Source of the DNA: Candidatus Nanoarchaeia archaeon
GTDB taxonomy: Archaea; Nanobdellota; Nanobdellia; SCGC-AAA011-G17; JAGVZF01
Length of the DNA stretch: 64,000 nucleotides
Direction of reading: 5' to 3'
Assembly: GCA_035288965.1 (NCBI GenBank)
Contig: DATDYQ010000104.1
Span: 10,089 to 74,088, forward strand
Shown: positions 48,693 to 56,704 of the stretch, in pieces
Position numbering within the stretch: position 1 is the stretch's first letter
Layout of the letters: each line of letters starts with the position of its first letter
Notes under the pieces: model-generated
The model's input: the letters and a program-made list of their open reading frames with translations, nothing else
Database searches by the model: none
What the model was told of the DNA's origin: nothing
Made by a program: the position numbers and the translations under genes

Positions 48693-50594
48693 ATGAATCA
48701 AAACAAAAAAAGAAGGATTTTTTTCTCACTAACAATATTTATTGTTTTTTTAGCAGCTTTATTCTTAGTACAAAAATTTAGTTTAGCAACAGTTACAATG
48801 GGAGCATTCCCAACATACAGTAATATTTCAACAAATAATACTAATTACAGAGGTACTGGTGGGGTAATGTACAACTTATCAAAAAACGGTGAACAACCAC
48901 TATTTAACATAACTATAATGAATAATGGTCCTGATCCAGTATATCAAATTTATATTAGGGTTCCTACAGACTATCTTATCACTCCCGGTACAAACATTAC
49001 TTTTTATAATACCAACCTGGCTATAGCTGGTGCAAGACTAAATGATAGTAATGTATCCATATCAAGTAATGCAACCGATATTAATATTTCATTTGTTAAA
49101 AGTCTACCAAATGCAATGAACTTAACTTCTGGAAGTAATCTTACATTTAACACAGTTATCAATGTAACTCAAATAACAGCAACAGAAAATGCATATATTT
49201 GGCAGGTAATTTTAATAGATAATGCATCTACCACTACTGATAGAACTATGAGAACTTTAATTGATGGATTAGCACCAAGAGTTTCAAATGTTAATGCAAC
49301 TGATGGTACTTATACAAAAAATTCAGGAGATTTGAATAATCGATCTCATCTTAAAGGACATGGTGGTTATGCTAATATTTCTATAACTGCCACAATAGCA
49401 GATATGAACTTAAATCCAATAAGAAACTCCAGTGTTAGACTTGTAATGGCAATCAATCATTCAGGAGCTGGGTCACTTCCAATAATAAGTAACGGAAATG
49501 GTTATCAAGGAACATTCTTTAAAGTATATAATATGAGTACTGTTTCAACACACTCACCTTATATCTATAATGTTACTATACCAACTGGACTATTAAACGG
49601 AACAAATCACACAAGCTTCTTTATAGTTGTGAATGACAGCTTAGGATATCAAACAAATGAAACAAATGGTGGAATTTACTATAATTTCACTATTGATGAC
49701 GATAATCCAAACACCCCAACAGTAACGCCAACACCTTCATCAACAACTACAAATAATGCAGTTTCAGTTGCATGCAGTGGTGGTGGAGATCCAACATCTA
49801 ATACAGTTACATATTCAATATCAGTAACTAAACCTAGTGGAGGAGTTTTAATATCAGCAATAAACCCATATCAATTCACAGATACTTCAGCAACAGGAAC
49901 ATATACAATTACATGTACAGCAGCAGACTCAACAGGACACTCAACAACCTCAAGCTCAGGTTCATTCACCGTTACTTATGATGGTGGTGGAGGCGGCGGT
50001 GGAGGGGGCGGAGGTTCTGGAGGAAGTTCAGGTTCAAGAGGAACAGTTCCATCACTAGCAGAATCAAGCACTGCTCAATTAACATTAAACACAGGTGAAG
50101 CTAAGATACTTGAACTAGGAAATAGTTTAGTACAAAGTGTAACATTAGCAGCAGGACAAAAAATAGCTACCTCAATTAAAGTAGAAGGTATACCTGCACC
50201 ATCTGTAGCTGGTTACAAGATAATTCAGGCATTCAAACTAGAAACATCAATAACAAGGTCGATGTTAAGTAGCAACCCTACAATTACATTTACCTGTCCA
50301 GAAAATGGTAAAAAGATATCTCTCTTAAGAGAAGAAAGTACAGGAAAGTGGAATAGTTATCCTGCTACAAGACTTGGATCTGGTAAATGTCAAGCTACAG
50401 TTCCAGGATTCTCAAACTTTGCAGTAGCAGAAGAAGCAACACCAGTAACTCAACCTACTAAAGCTCCAACAACACAACCTGCACCTGTACAAAAAGCGCC
50501 AGCAGCAACAACAGCAATAATTATAGTGATTATTATAATAGTCATTATAATCTTATTAATTGTAGCAATGACAAAGAAAAAAGGAAAGAAATAA
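48693..50594 (+). CDS. Surface glycoprotein candidate with a signal/anchor, dense N-x-S/T sequons, a poly-Gly linker and a C-terminal TM with a KKKGKK tail
   Basis: N-terminal hydrophobic segment, many NxS/T sequons, GGGGGGGGGGGSGGSSGS, and a C-terminal 'IIIVIIIIVIIILLIVAMTKKKGKK'. Confidence 0.6.
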   Translation: MNQNKKRRIFFSLTIFIVFLAALFLVQKFSLATVTMGAFPTYSNISTNNTNYRGTGGVMYNLSKNGEQPLFNITIMNNGPDPVYQIYIRVPTDYLITPGTNITFYNTNLAIAGARLNDSNVSISSNATDINISFVKSLPNAMNLTSGSNLTFNTVINVTQITATENAYIWQVILIDNASTTTDRTMRTLIDGLAPRVSNVNATDGTYTKNSGDLNNRSHLKGHGGYANISITATIADMNLNPIRNSSVRLVMAINHSGAGSLPIISNGNGYQGTFFKVYNMSTVSTHSPYIYNVTIPTGLLNGTNHTSFFIVVNDSLGYQTNETNGGIYYNFTIDDDNPNTPTVTPTPSSTTTNNAVSVACSGGGDPTSNTVTYSISVTKPSGGVLISAINPYQFTDTSATGTYTITCTAADSTGHSTTSSSGSFTVTYDGGGGGGGGGGGSGGSSGSRGTVPSLAESSTAQLTLNTGEAKILELGNSLVQSVTLAAGQKIATSIKVEGIPAPSVAGYKIIQAFKLETSITRSMLSSNPTITFTCPENGKKISLLREESTGKWNSYPATRLGSGKCQATVPGFSNFAVAEEATPVTQPTKAPTTQPAPVQKAPAATTAIIIVIIIIVIIILLIVAMTKKKGKK

Positions 50595-50621
50595 ATACTT
50601 TTTCTTTATCTCTTTTTTTAT

Positions 50622-51170
50622 ATGAAAACAATAATCACAATATTAATCTTATTATTAATATCTATAAACATCGTTTCTGCAAATAAAGTTATCGAACTTA
50701 ATGATATCTCTAATGGAACATTAAATAATCTTTATGTTAAACAAAGTGATGCTATCTTATTTACTCTTTTTGATCATGAACATGCAATTGTAATAAAGAA
50801 AATACAATACAAAGGTGTAGATATAGCAATTTTTCCATATAGAAATAATACGGTTTACACAACATTAAAAGAAAATGCTCGAACTTATATAGATCTAAAC
50901 AAGGATGAAGTAGATGATATATCTATTAGACTAATAAATTACAAAAATGGAACTGATGGTAATGCAATGATAAGATTTGCTGTTCTTAAGAATACAGAAA
51001 AAGAAAATACTGAAGATAACTCTTCATCAAGTGTTACTGGAAATGTTGTGAATAATGATATCAAAAAACCTAATAACAATCTTTTATTTATCTTTATACC
51101 AATGGTTATAATATTACTAGCATCATTAATATTCTTATTAAGAAAGAAAAATTTAAATACTAAGGAATAA
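50622..51170 (+). CDS. Small secreted, membrane-anchored protein
   Basis: N-terminal signal-like segment and a C-terminal TM with a basic tail. Confidence 0.45.
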   Translation: MKTIITILILLLISINIVSANKVIELNDISNGTLNNLYVKQSDAILFTLFDHEHAIVIKKIQYKGVDIAIFPYRNNTVYTTLKENARTYIDLNKDEVDDISIRLINYKNGTDGNAMIRFAVLKNTEKENTEDNSSSSVTGNVVNNDIKKPNNNLLFIFIPMVIILLASLIFLLRKKNLNTKE

Positions 51171-51186
51171 TTCAATTCTTAGGTGA

Positions 51187-53751
51187 ATGATGAATAAAAA
51201 GAGGATATTACTAAATATAGTGTTGTTGTCTATTTTATTTCTAGCAATTAAAGAAGTATCTGCGGTACAACTCAATATAACTTTTATTAATGGAACAACA
51301 TATCCAAGTTTTCAAATAGGAAATTTCTCAAGAAATTACACAATAACAATAAATGTTTCCAATGTAGGAATAAGTAACGCTACTCAACCATTAAATGTAA
51401 CTTTATTCATGCCTCGTGGTATTCAAAACAGTACGGCTGCTGATTGCGGTTTAGACTTCAGGATTATAAATGATACCACTTCTTCATGTACCCTTAATAT
51501 AACAAGAATGGGAGCAGGAGTTATGGACGTTGTTCCATCAAACGCAACAATAATTGCTATAAATGTTACAACCTCTGTTTCAGCATTTACAAATTATACA
51601 TCAATGATATTCACAGCTAAAGCTTATTGTGGAAATTGTACTGGAACAGCTAATGTAACACAAACAGTAAGCTTATCTGGGAATCCTTATTATAAAAATC
51701 CTCGTCCATATGTACGTGATTATTCTTCATTCGAAAACGCAACGTTCATCTTTGATTCATGGAGTCAAATTCGTCCTTACTATGAAGTTTGGGCTCCAAT
51801 GATGACATTTAACACAACATCAAATAAGACTCAACTTGCAAACTTATCATTTGCTGATATAATCTATGCAGATCTTCCATTTATACAGGGTCCAAACTAC
51901 ATGGAAATGTGGGGTTATAGATTAAATTTCACAATTAATTTTAATAACACTGGTGGTTTAGGAAATACAACATTTAGAGTTTATACTCCTATTGTTGATC
52001 CAACCTATCAAATACTTTTCCCATTGCTGTCAATGAATGTTTCAGCTCCAGGATTACAGGCAACCCGTTCATTTATAATGGCAGTTCCAAGCGCTTCTTC
52101 ATTTTCAGTTTGGTATAATGGAACAGAATATACATCTCAATCATTAAATGCAAATTTCTCTATTAATGTTGCTTACAATACAGGATATGGACAAGGTGCT
52201 GACTCAAACCCAGAAAAATATTTATTATTAAATGTATCCTCCCCATCAACTCGTGGAAATGTAAGTCTTTCAGTTATGTTCACATTATTCTCTAATGAAA
52301 CAGCTGCAAGAACAGTCTCTCCATTATATGTTCAAAGTCAGGTAGGTTCAGGATTTATGGGTGGCGATGCCCCTCCTGTAATTGGTGGAAATGTAAGTCT
52401 TAATTATTCATTATACGCAGTAAACCTACTTCCAAATTATACTTTAGATGATCTAAGGTTAAAATTCTTATCTCCCACTTCAGTTACAATAGTTAATACA
52501 AGTGCTACCTATAATCTAACAGATAACTTAAACGTTTCATGGCGCAACAGTAAAATAACTACCCGTTCATCTTGGGAGAGCATAATGAATATAATTACTA
52601 GTAATATATCATTTAGTCTTGTAGATAATCTTGCTGGCTCTCCGAATATTGGAAGAAATATAACTCTAAATTTCACATATTTCGAAATTAATCTAACAAA
52701 CAATACATTTAATAATTGGCTTCCAAATTCATCTTTATCAAATATAACTGTAAACATGTCTGGAATACTTAGATTCCCAACTTTAAATAAAACAGTATCA
52801 ATCCCATGTACTTCAGGTGCCCACAATCTATATAATCTTTCAGTTTCTATAAGTCAACAAGGTGCATTAAATTTAACAGATGATATAGGATCTTGCTTTA
52901 ATGCAACAGTTACAGATGTTATACTTAGAATAGATAATACAGTAATGACAAATGCAAGTAATTTTACTGTAGGCAGTTTGGTTGTGAATAGTATCGGTCA
53001 AGGAACTCATACTGTTTCGGTTTCATGGAAATCTCCAGCAGCAGCATCCTCTTCAACATCATCTACTTCATCAGCAACATCATCAGGCGGAACAACATCC
53101 TCTGCAGCTGCTCCAACCGAAAAAGAACATACAATTGTAATTACTGAATTTAAACCAAATGTTCCAGTAACAATAGCACAAGATTATCCTGAACTTCCAT
53201 TAAAAGAATTAGTAATAACAACAAATGATAAGGCATCAAGTGTTAAAATAACAACTAAAAATCTTGAAGCTCTTCCAAAAGATACATCTGCTCCAGAAGG
53301 AGTCTTTATTAATTCATATTTCAGTGTAGAAAAATCCAATTTAGATAATGCAAAAATTAAGTCCGTTGATCTTAAATTCCAAGTTACAAAAGCTTGGTTA
53401 ACAGAAAATATCGTCGATAAAAACGATATTATATTACAACACTTTACTGAAGGTTCATGGAAGAAATTATCTACAAAACTTATTAGCGAAACAGCAGATT
53501 ATGGGTTGTATGAAGCTACAACAGATGGTCTATCAACATTTGCTATAACTAGTAATAAAGCAGCTCCATCAGTTCCAGAAACAACTGGAGAAGTAACTAA
53601 AGATACAGAAAAAACGCAACCTCCAGCAACAATTAAAAAATCTCCAAGTTCTTCTACAATTATAATAATAACTCTTCTAGCAATAATTGCAATAATGTTA
53701 ATTGTTTATTTTATCCGAGTAGGTAAAAAACAACATAAAAATTATTTATAA
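51187..53751 (+). CDS. Large surface glycoprotein candidate (sequon-saturated, Ser/Thr-rich, C-terminal TM anchor)
   Basis: Signal-like N-terminus. About 15 N-x-S/T sequons in the first ~160 residues. A poly-Ser/Thr stretch. C-terminal 'IIIITLLAIIAIMLIVYFIRVGKKQHKNYL'. Confidence 0.6.
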   Translation: MMNKKRILLNIVLLSILFLAIKEVSAVQLNITFINGTTYPSFQIGNFSRNYTITINVSNVGISNATQPLNVTLFMPRGIQNSTAADCGLDFRIINDTTSSCTLNITRMGAGVMDVVPSNATIIAINVTTSVSAFTNYTSMIFTAKAYCGNCTGTANVTQTVSLSGNPYYKNPRPYVRDYSSFENATFIFDSWSQIRPYYEVWAPMMTFNTTSNKTQLANLSFADIIYADLPFIQGPNYMEMWGYRLNFTINFNNTGGLGNTTFRVYTPIVDPTYQILFPLLSMNVSAPGLQATRSFIMAVPSASSFSVWYNGTEYTSQSLNANFSINVAYNTGYGQGADSNPEKYLLLNVSSPSTRGNVSLSVMFTLFSNETAARTVSPLYVQSQVGSGFMGGDAPPVIGGNVSLNYSLYAVNLLPNYTLDDLRLKFLSPTSVTIVNTSATYNLTDNLNVSWRNSKITTRSSWESIMNIITSNISFSLVDNLAGSPNIGRNITLNFTYFEINLTNNTFNNWLPNSSLSNITVNMSGILRFPTLNKTVSIPCTSGAHNLYNLSVSISQQGALNLTDDIGSCFNATVTDVILRIDNTVMTNASNFTVGSLVVNSIGQGTHTVSVSWKSPAAASSSTSSTSSATSSGGTTSSAAAPTEKEHTIVITEFKPNVPVTIAQDYPELPLKELVITTNDKASSVKITTKNLEALPKDTSAPEGVFINSYFSVEKSNLDNAKIKSVDLKFQVTKAWLTENIVDKNDIILQHFTEGSWKKLSTKLISETADYGLYEATTDGLSTFAITSNKAAPSVPETTGEVTKDTEKTQPPATIKKSPSSSTIIIITLLAIIAIMLIVYFIRVGKKQHKNYL

Positions 53752-53756
53752 AAAAA
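53751..53756 (-). terminator. Oligo-T (T6 on the minus strand) immediately 3' of the tRNA
   Basis: A6 on the plus strand, directly after the tRNA discriminator base and abutting the TAA stop of the convergent gene. Confidence 0.35.
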
Positions 53757-53853
53757 CGCCGCAGCCAGGATTTGAACCTGGACATCCTTTCGGAAACCAG
53801 CTATCTTTCTCAAGACTCAAGGCTGGCGCCATACCAGATTAGGCGACTGCGGC
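53757..53853 (-). tRNA. tRNA-Ser (anticodon UGA) with a ~13-nt intron in the anticodon loop. No encoded CCA.
   Basis: The reverse complement folds as a 7-bp acceptor stem GCCGCAG/CTGCGGC plus discriminator G. D-arm is GCC-TAATCTGGTAT-GGC. Anticodon stem is CCAGC/GCTGG, with 20 nt between the halves (loop CTTGAG|A plus intron). There is a long variable arm (TCC-GAAA-GGA hairpin). T-arm is CCAGG-TTCAAAT-CCTGG. Confidence 0.75.
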
Positions 53854-53861
53854 ACAAAAAA

Positions 53862-53886
53862 TTAACGAATTTAACCTTTTTTAAAT
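53862..53886 (-). promoter_or_regulatory. Candidate BRE/TATA-like element about 15-30 nt upstream of the tRNA 5' end
   Basis: The minus-strand sequence reads ...AAAAAGGTTAAATTCGTTAATTTTTTGT|GCC. AT-rich background makes this weak. Confidence 0.25.
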
Positions 53887-53890
53887 CTTT

Positions 53891-54529
53891 TTAAAACACA
53901 GTCAACAAGTGCATTACTAATTTATCTGTAACTCTAAATAAATCTTTCCCGTCTTTTCCCTCTACAATAACACAATTTCCGTCAACTGTTATCTTGCTTT
54001 CATCTCCTAAAGTTAAAAGAATCACAGATTCTTCATTATTTGCATCTTTACATGTTTTCACAGGCAGCTCAAGTTCCTTTCCCCTATCTGTTTCCCTTGT
54101 TAATGCACTTATAGTATCAATTTTAAATACCCCATAATACGCCATTCCCGTTACTCTATTAGTTTCAACTATTGCCAAGACGCTCTCACTATCAGTTAAC
54201 TTTGGTAAATCAGGATCCTGAGTGATATAGATTTTTTCCTTTGCTTTATTTTCATTATATAAAATTACCTCTCTTGCTTTTTCATCCAATTTAATATCCT
54301 CTAGTTCTTTCGGGCTATGTCTGAATGGTATTAAGAATTTATTATTTCCAGAATAAGCTTCTAAAACATAATTTAATTCATTATCTGTTTTAACAACGTT
54401 AAATCTAAATTTTTCTCCTTGATCATTCTCCCAAGTAATCACACTCTTCTTATAATTAAAATAAAATATACTAGAAAAAAAAACTATACTAAAAATTAAC
54501 AACAATATCAAAAATGTTTTCGTTTTCAT
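53891..54529 (-). CDS. Hypothetical N-terminally anchored protein, paralogous to the next gene
   Basis: N-terminal TM. The C-terminal 'DGNCVIVEGKDGK' resembles 'EGNCFKIEGSIF' in the neighbour. Confidence 0.45.
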   Translation of the reverse strand: MKTKTFLILLLIFSIVFFSSIFYFNYKKSVITWENDQGEKFRFNVVKTDNELNYVLEAYSGNNKFLIPFRHSPKELEDIKLDEKAREVILYNENKAKEKIYITQDPDLPKLTDSESVLAIVETNRVTGMAYYGVFKIDTISALTRETDRGKELELPVKTCKDANNEESVILLTLGDESKITVDGNCVIVEGKDGKDLFRVTDKLVMHLLTVF

Positions 54530-55086
54530 ATTACACCTAATATTTTATAATTTATATAATCTATGTTGTTAGATATCTGAAATATGCTTCCTTCAATTTT
54601 AAAACAATTTCCTTCTTTACTAATAATATTCTTTTCATCATTAATTTTAAAATAAAATCCATTAACTTTGCTACAATCAACTATGGGCAATTCATTATCG
54701 CATTCTTTTTCATTCAAACAGGCTCTTAATCCTCCCTTTCCGGTCAATCTTAAAACTAATTCAAGTTTAGCTAGGCTATCTTCTATATCATTTTTACTAA
54801 AATCATATATAATGTAATTATTTCCAGTTAAACTTAAATCATTAACCTCATAACCTTTCAATTGATCTGGTAAATTATCGAAAACAAATTGTTGCCCGTT
54901 TATGCTCGTTACCCATCTTCCATTTACTAAATCAAATTTATATCCATTAATCTTTTTTGTTGTAGCCAAATTACTATTACTGTTTCCCTGTAAGGCAATA
55001 AATCCAAGTACGCTAGTTATCATAATTATCACTAAGAATAAAGTGATTAAAATCTTTGCAGTTTTTTTGTTATCTCTCATAATCAA
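54526..55086 (-). CDS. Hypothetical N-terminally anchored protein (paralogue)
   Basis: As above. The two genes overlap by 4 nt. Confidence 0.45.
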   Translation of the reverse strand: MIMRDNKKTAKILITLFLVIIMITSVLGFIALQGNSNSNLATTKKINGYKFDLVNGRWVTSINGQQFVFDNLPDQLKGYEVNDLSLTGNNYIIYDFSKNDIEDSLAKLELVLRLTGKGGLRACLNEKECDNELPIVDCSKVNGFYFKINDEKNIISKEGNCFKIEGSIFQISNNIDYINYKILGVI

Positions 55087-55208
55087 TAGGAAAAATTAAA
55101 CGATTATATAACTTTCTATTCATTAAAAATTTATAAAATGGAACATATATTATATAATAGTATTAATCAAAAGATAGCTTTATAAATTTTGTTATTTTTA
55201 ATAAGATA

Positions 55209-55772
55209 ATGGGAACATTAGATGATGCATTGTCAAGTCTACCTGATAGTAATATAACTTCTGGACAGGTTGTATATCCTGAATTTAATGAAGATATTGA
55301 AGCAATATATGATGATATTAAAAGGGAGTATGAATATGATGCTGCTGTATTCCCAAAGGTTTCAAAACGTTTCCTATTCTGGAATATAAAACGTGTTACA
55401 AGGGACAAAAAAGCTCTTGTTGCTTCAACTACGATGCAAAGAGTTAAAGTTACTGACAATGTTATTAATCTTTTAGAAAAAACTTTAGAAAGGAAAATTG
55501 ATTTTGGCACGATAAAAAGACCTGATTTAGAAAAATTTCTTGCATTTGAAGATTTAGATTTAACATATGATAATCTTGATTTAGAATTGATAGACGAAAA
55601 ATTAAAAAAAATTGGTTCGATCTTTTATATCTTCCCACATATTCAACCTGGATATGGTGGAGGTTATTTGGTTAATGGTGGCATTCATCTTAAAATATTG
55701 GGTTCTGCAATAAAAAACGGAGCTCAATATAATTATCTTAAATCAGAATTATCCAAAACATTAAAAATTTAA
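55209..55772 (+). CDS. Hypothetical protein whose N-terminal 'MGTLDDALSSLPDS' motif is shared with the ORF at 21911
   Basis: ORF. The shared N-terminal motif is seen directly. Confidence 0.45.
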   Translation: MGTLDDALSSLPDSNITSGQVVYPEFNEDIEAIYDDIKREYEYDAAVFPKVSKRFLFWNIKRVTRDKKALVASTTMQRVKVTDNVINLLEKTLERKIDFGTIKRPDLEKFLAFEDLDLTYDNLDLELIDEKLKKIGSIFYIFPHIQPGYGGGYLVNGGIHLKILGSAIKNGAQYNYLKSELSKTLKI

Positions 55773-55773
55773 T

Positions 55774-56463
55774 ATGGAAGATTTTTTAAAAAATTGCATA
55801 GATAATCTGCTAAAGGATTATTCTTCCATTGAAGCACTATATCTCTATGGTTCTTATATTAATGGTTATTATAAAAAAGACTCTGATATTGATTTAGTCG
55901 CTTTAACAAAGATTCATGCAAAAAATGATCCAATAAACTTTCCACCAAATATCAGTGTGCATATGGTAAATCCATCAGTAGTAGAATTTTTTGAATCTGG
56001 GATACCATACACTCATTTGAGAATGATTCCTGTTTACAACAAAGAGAAATGTGAAGAAATATCTGAAAGATTAAAATCAGAGTTAGTTAGACGAGAATTA
56101 ATAAGATTTAAAAGAAAGGGAATTTCTGATTTTTCAACATTAGACCCCATATATAACTACCTTCTTGGTTATGCCATTAAAAGACCTTGGCGCATAAAAC
56201 CTATAAAGAGAATATTCAAATCAGAAGAAACTAAACAAATTTTACATGCGGAATATAAAAATATTATGAATAAACTAGAAAAAAGGGGAATGATAAAACA
56301 TTCTGGAGATATTTATACCATAAACAAGAATTTTGTTTTTGATGGGGAATCAGCTACAGAATTAAAAGATTCTTTCCAATATAAGGTAAAGAACTCAGAT
56401 TATGGTATTTATTATTTACTTTGTTTACCTTCTATGTTAGAATTTTCGCTAAAACGAATTTGA
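55774..56463 (+). CDS. Pol-beta-superfamily nucleotidyltransferase-domain protein
   Basis: 'LYLYGSYINGYYKKDSDIDLV' (GS-x9-DxD). Confidence 0.55.
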   Translation: MEDFLKNCIDNLLKDYSSIEALYLYGSYINGYYKKDSDIDLVALTKIHAKNDPINFPPNISVHMVNPSVVEFFESGIPYTHLRMIPVYNKEKCEEISERLKSELVRRELIRFKRKGISDFSTLDPIYNYLLGYAIKRPWRIKPIKRIFKSEETKQILHAEYKNIMNKLEKRGMIKHSGDIYTINKNFVFDGESATELKDSFQYKVKNSDYGIYYLLCLPSMLEFSLKRI

Positions 56464-56466
56464 TTA

Positions 56467-56655
56467 TTGATAGATAGTTTTATAAATCTTTTAATAATTA
56501 AAAATAACATGGCATTGAAATTCAAAACAGATCCCAAACCAGGAAAATGCTGGATAGAGAGTTGCGAAGAAGAAACTTATGCCGTACTAGCAGGTAGAAG
56601 ACTTTGTTCTAAACATACAAAAGAATTTCAAGCAGAAGTTTTCGCAATAAAATAG
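56467..56655 (+). CDS. Small Cys/His-containing protein (possible zinc ribbon)
   Basis: CWIESC...C..H spacing. Only 62 aa. Confidence 0.3.
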   Translation: MIDSFINLLIIKNNMALKFKTDPKPGKCWIESCEEETYAVLAGRRLCSKHTKEFQAEVFAIK

Positions 56656-56704
56656 ATTTCTAATAAAAATTTAAAATTAAATATAAAAAAGAAAAAATAG
56701 TTGC

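Noticed and set aside
49981-50041. Poly-G/poly-Gly region as a homopolymer sequencing artefact or simple repeat
   Set aside because: The DNA is a mixed ggt/gga/ggc/ggg/tct codon run, not a mononucleotide tract. It is in frame within a long ORF, so it reads as a genuine Gly/Ser linker.
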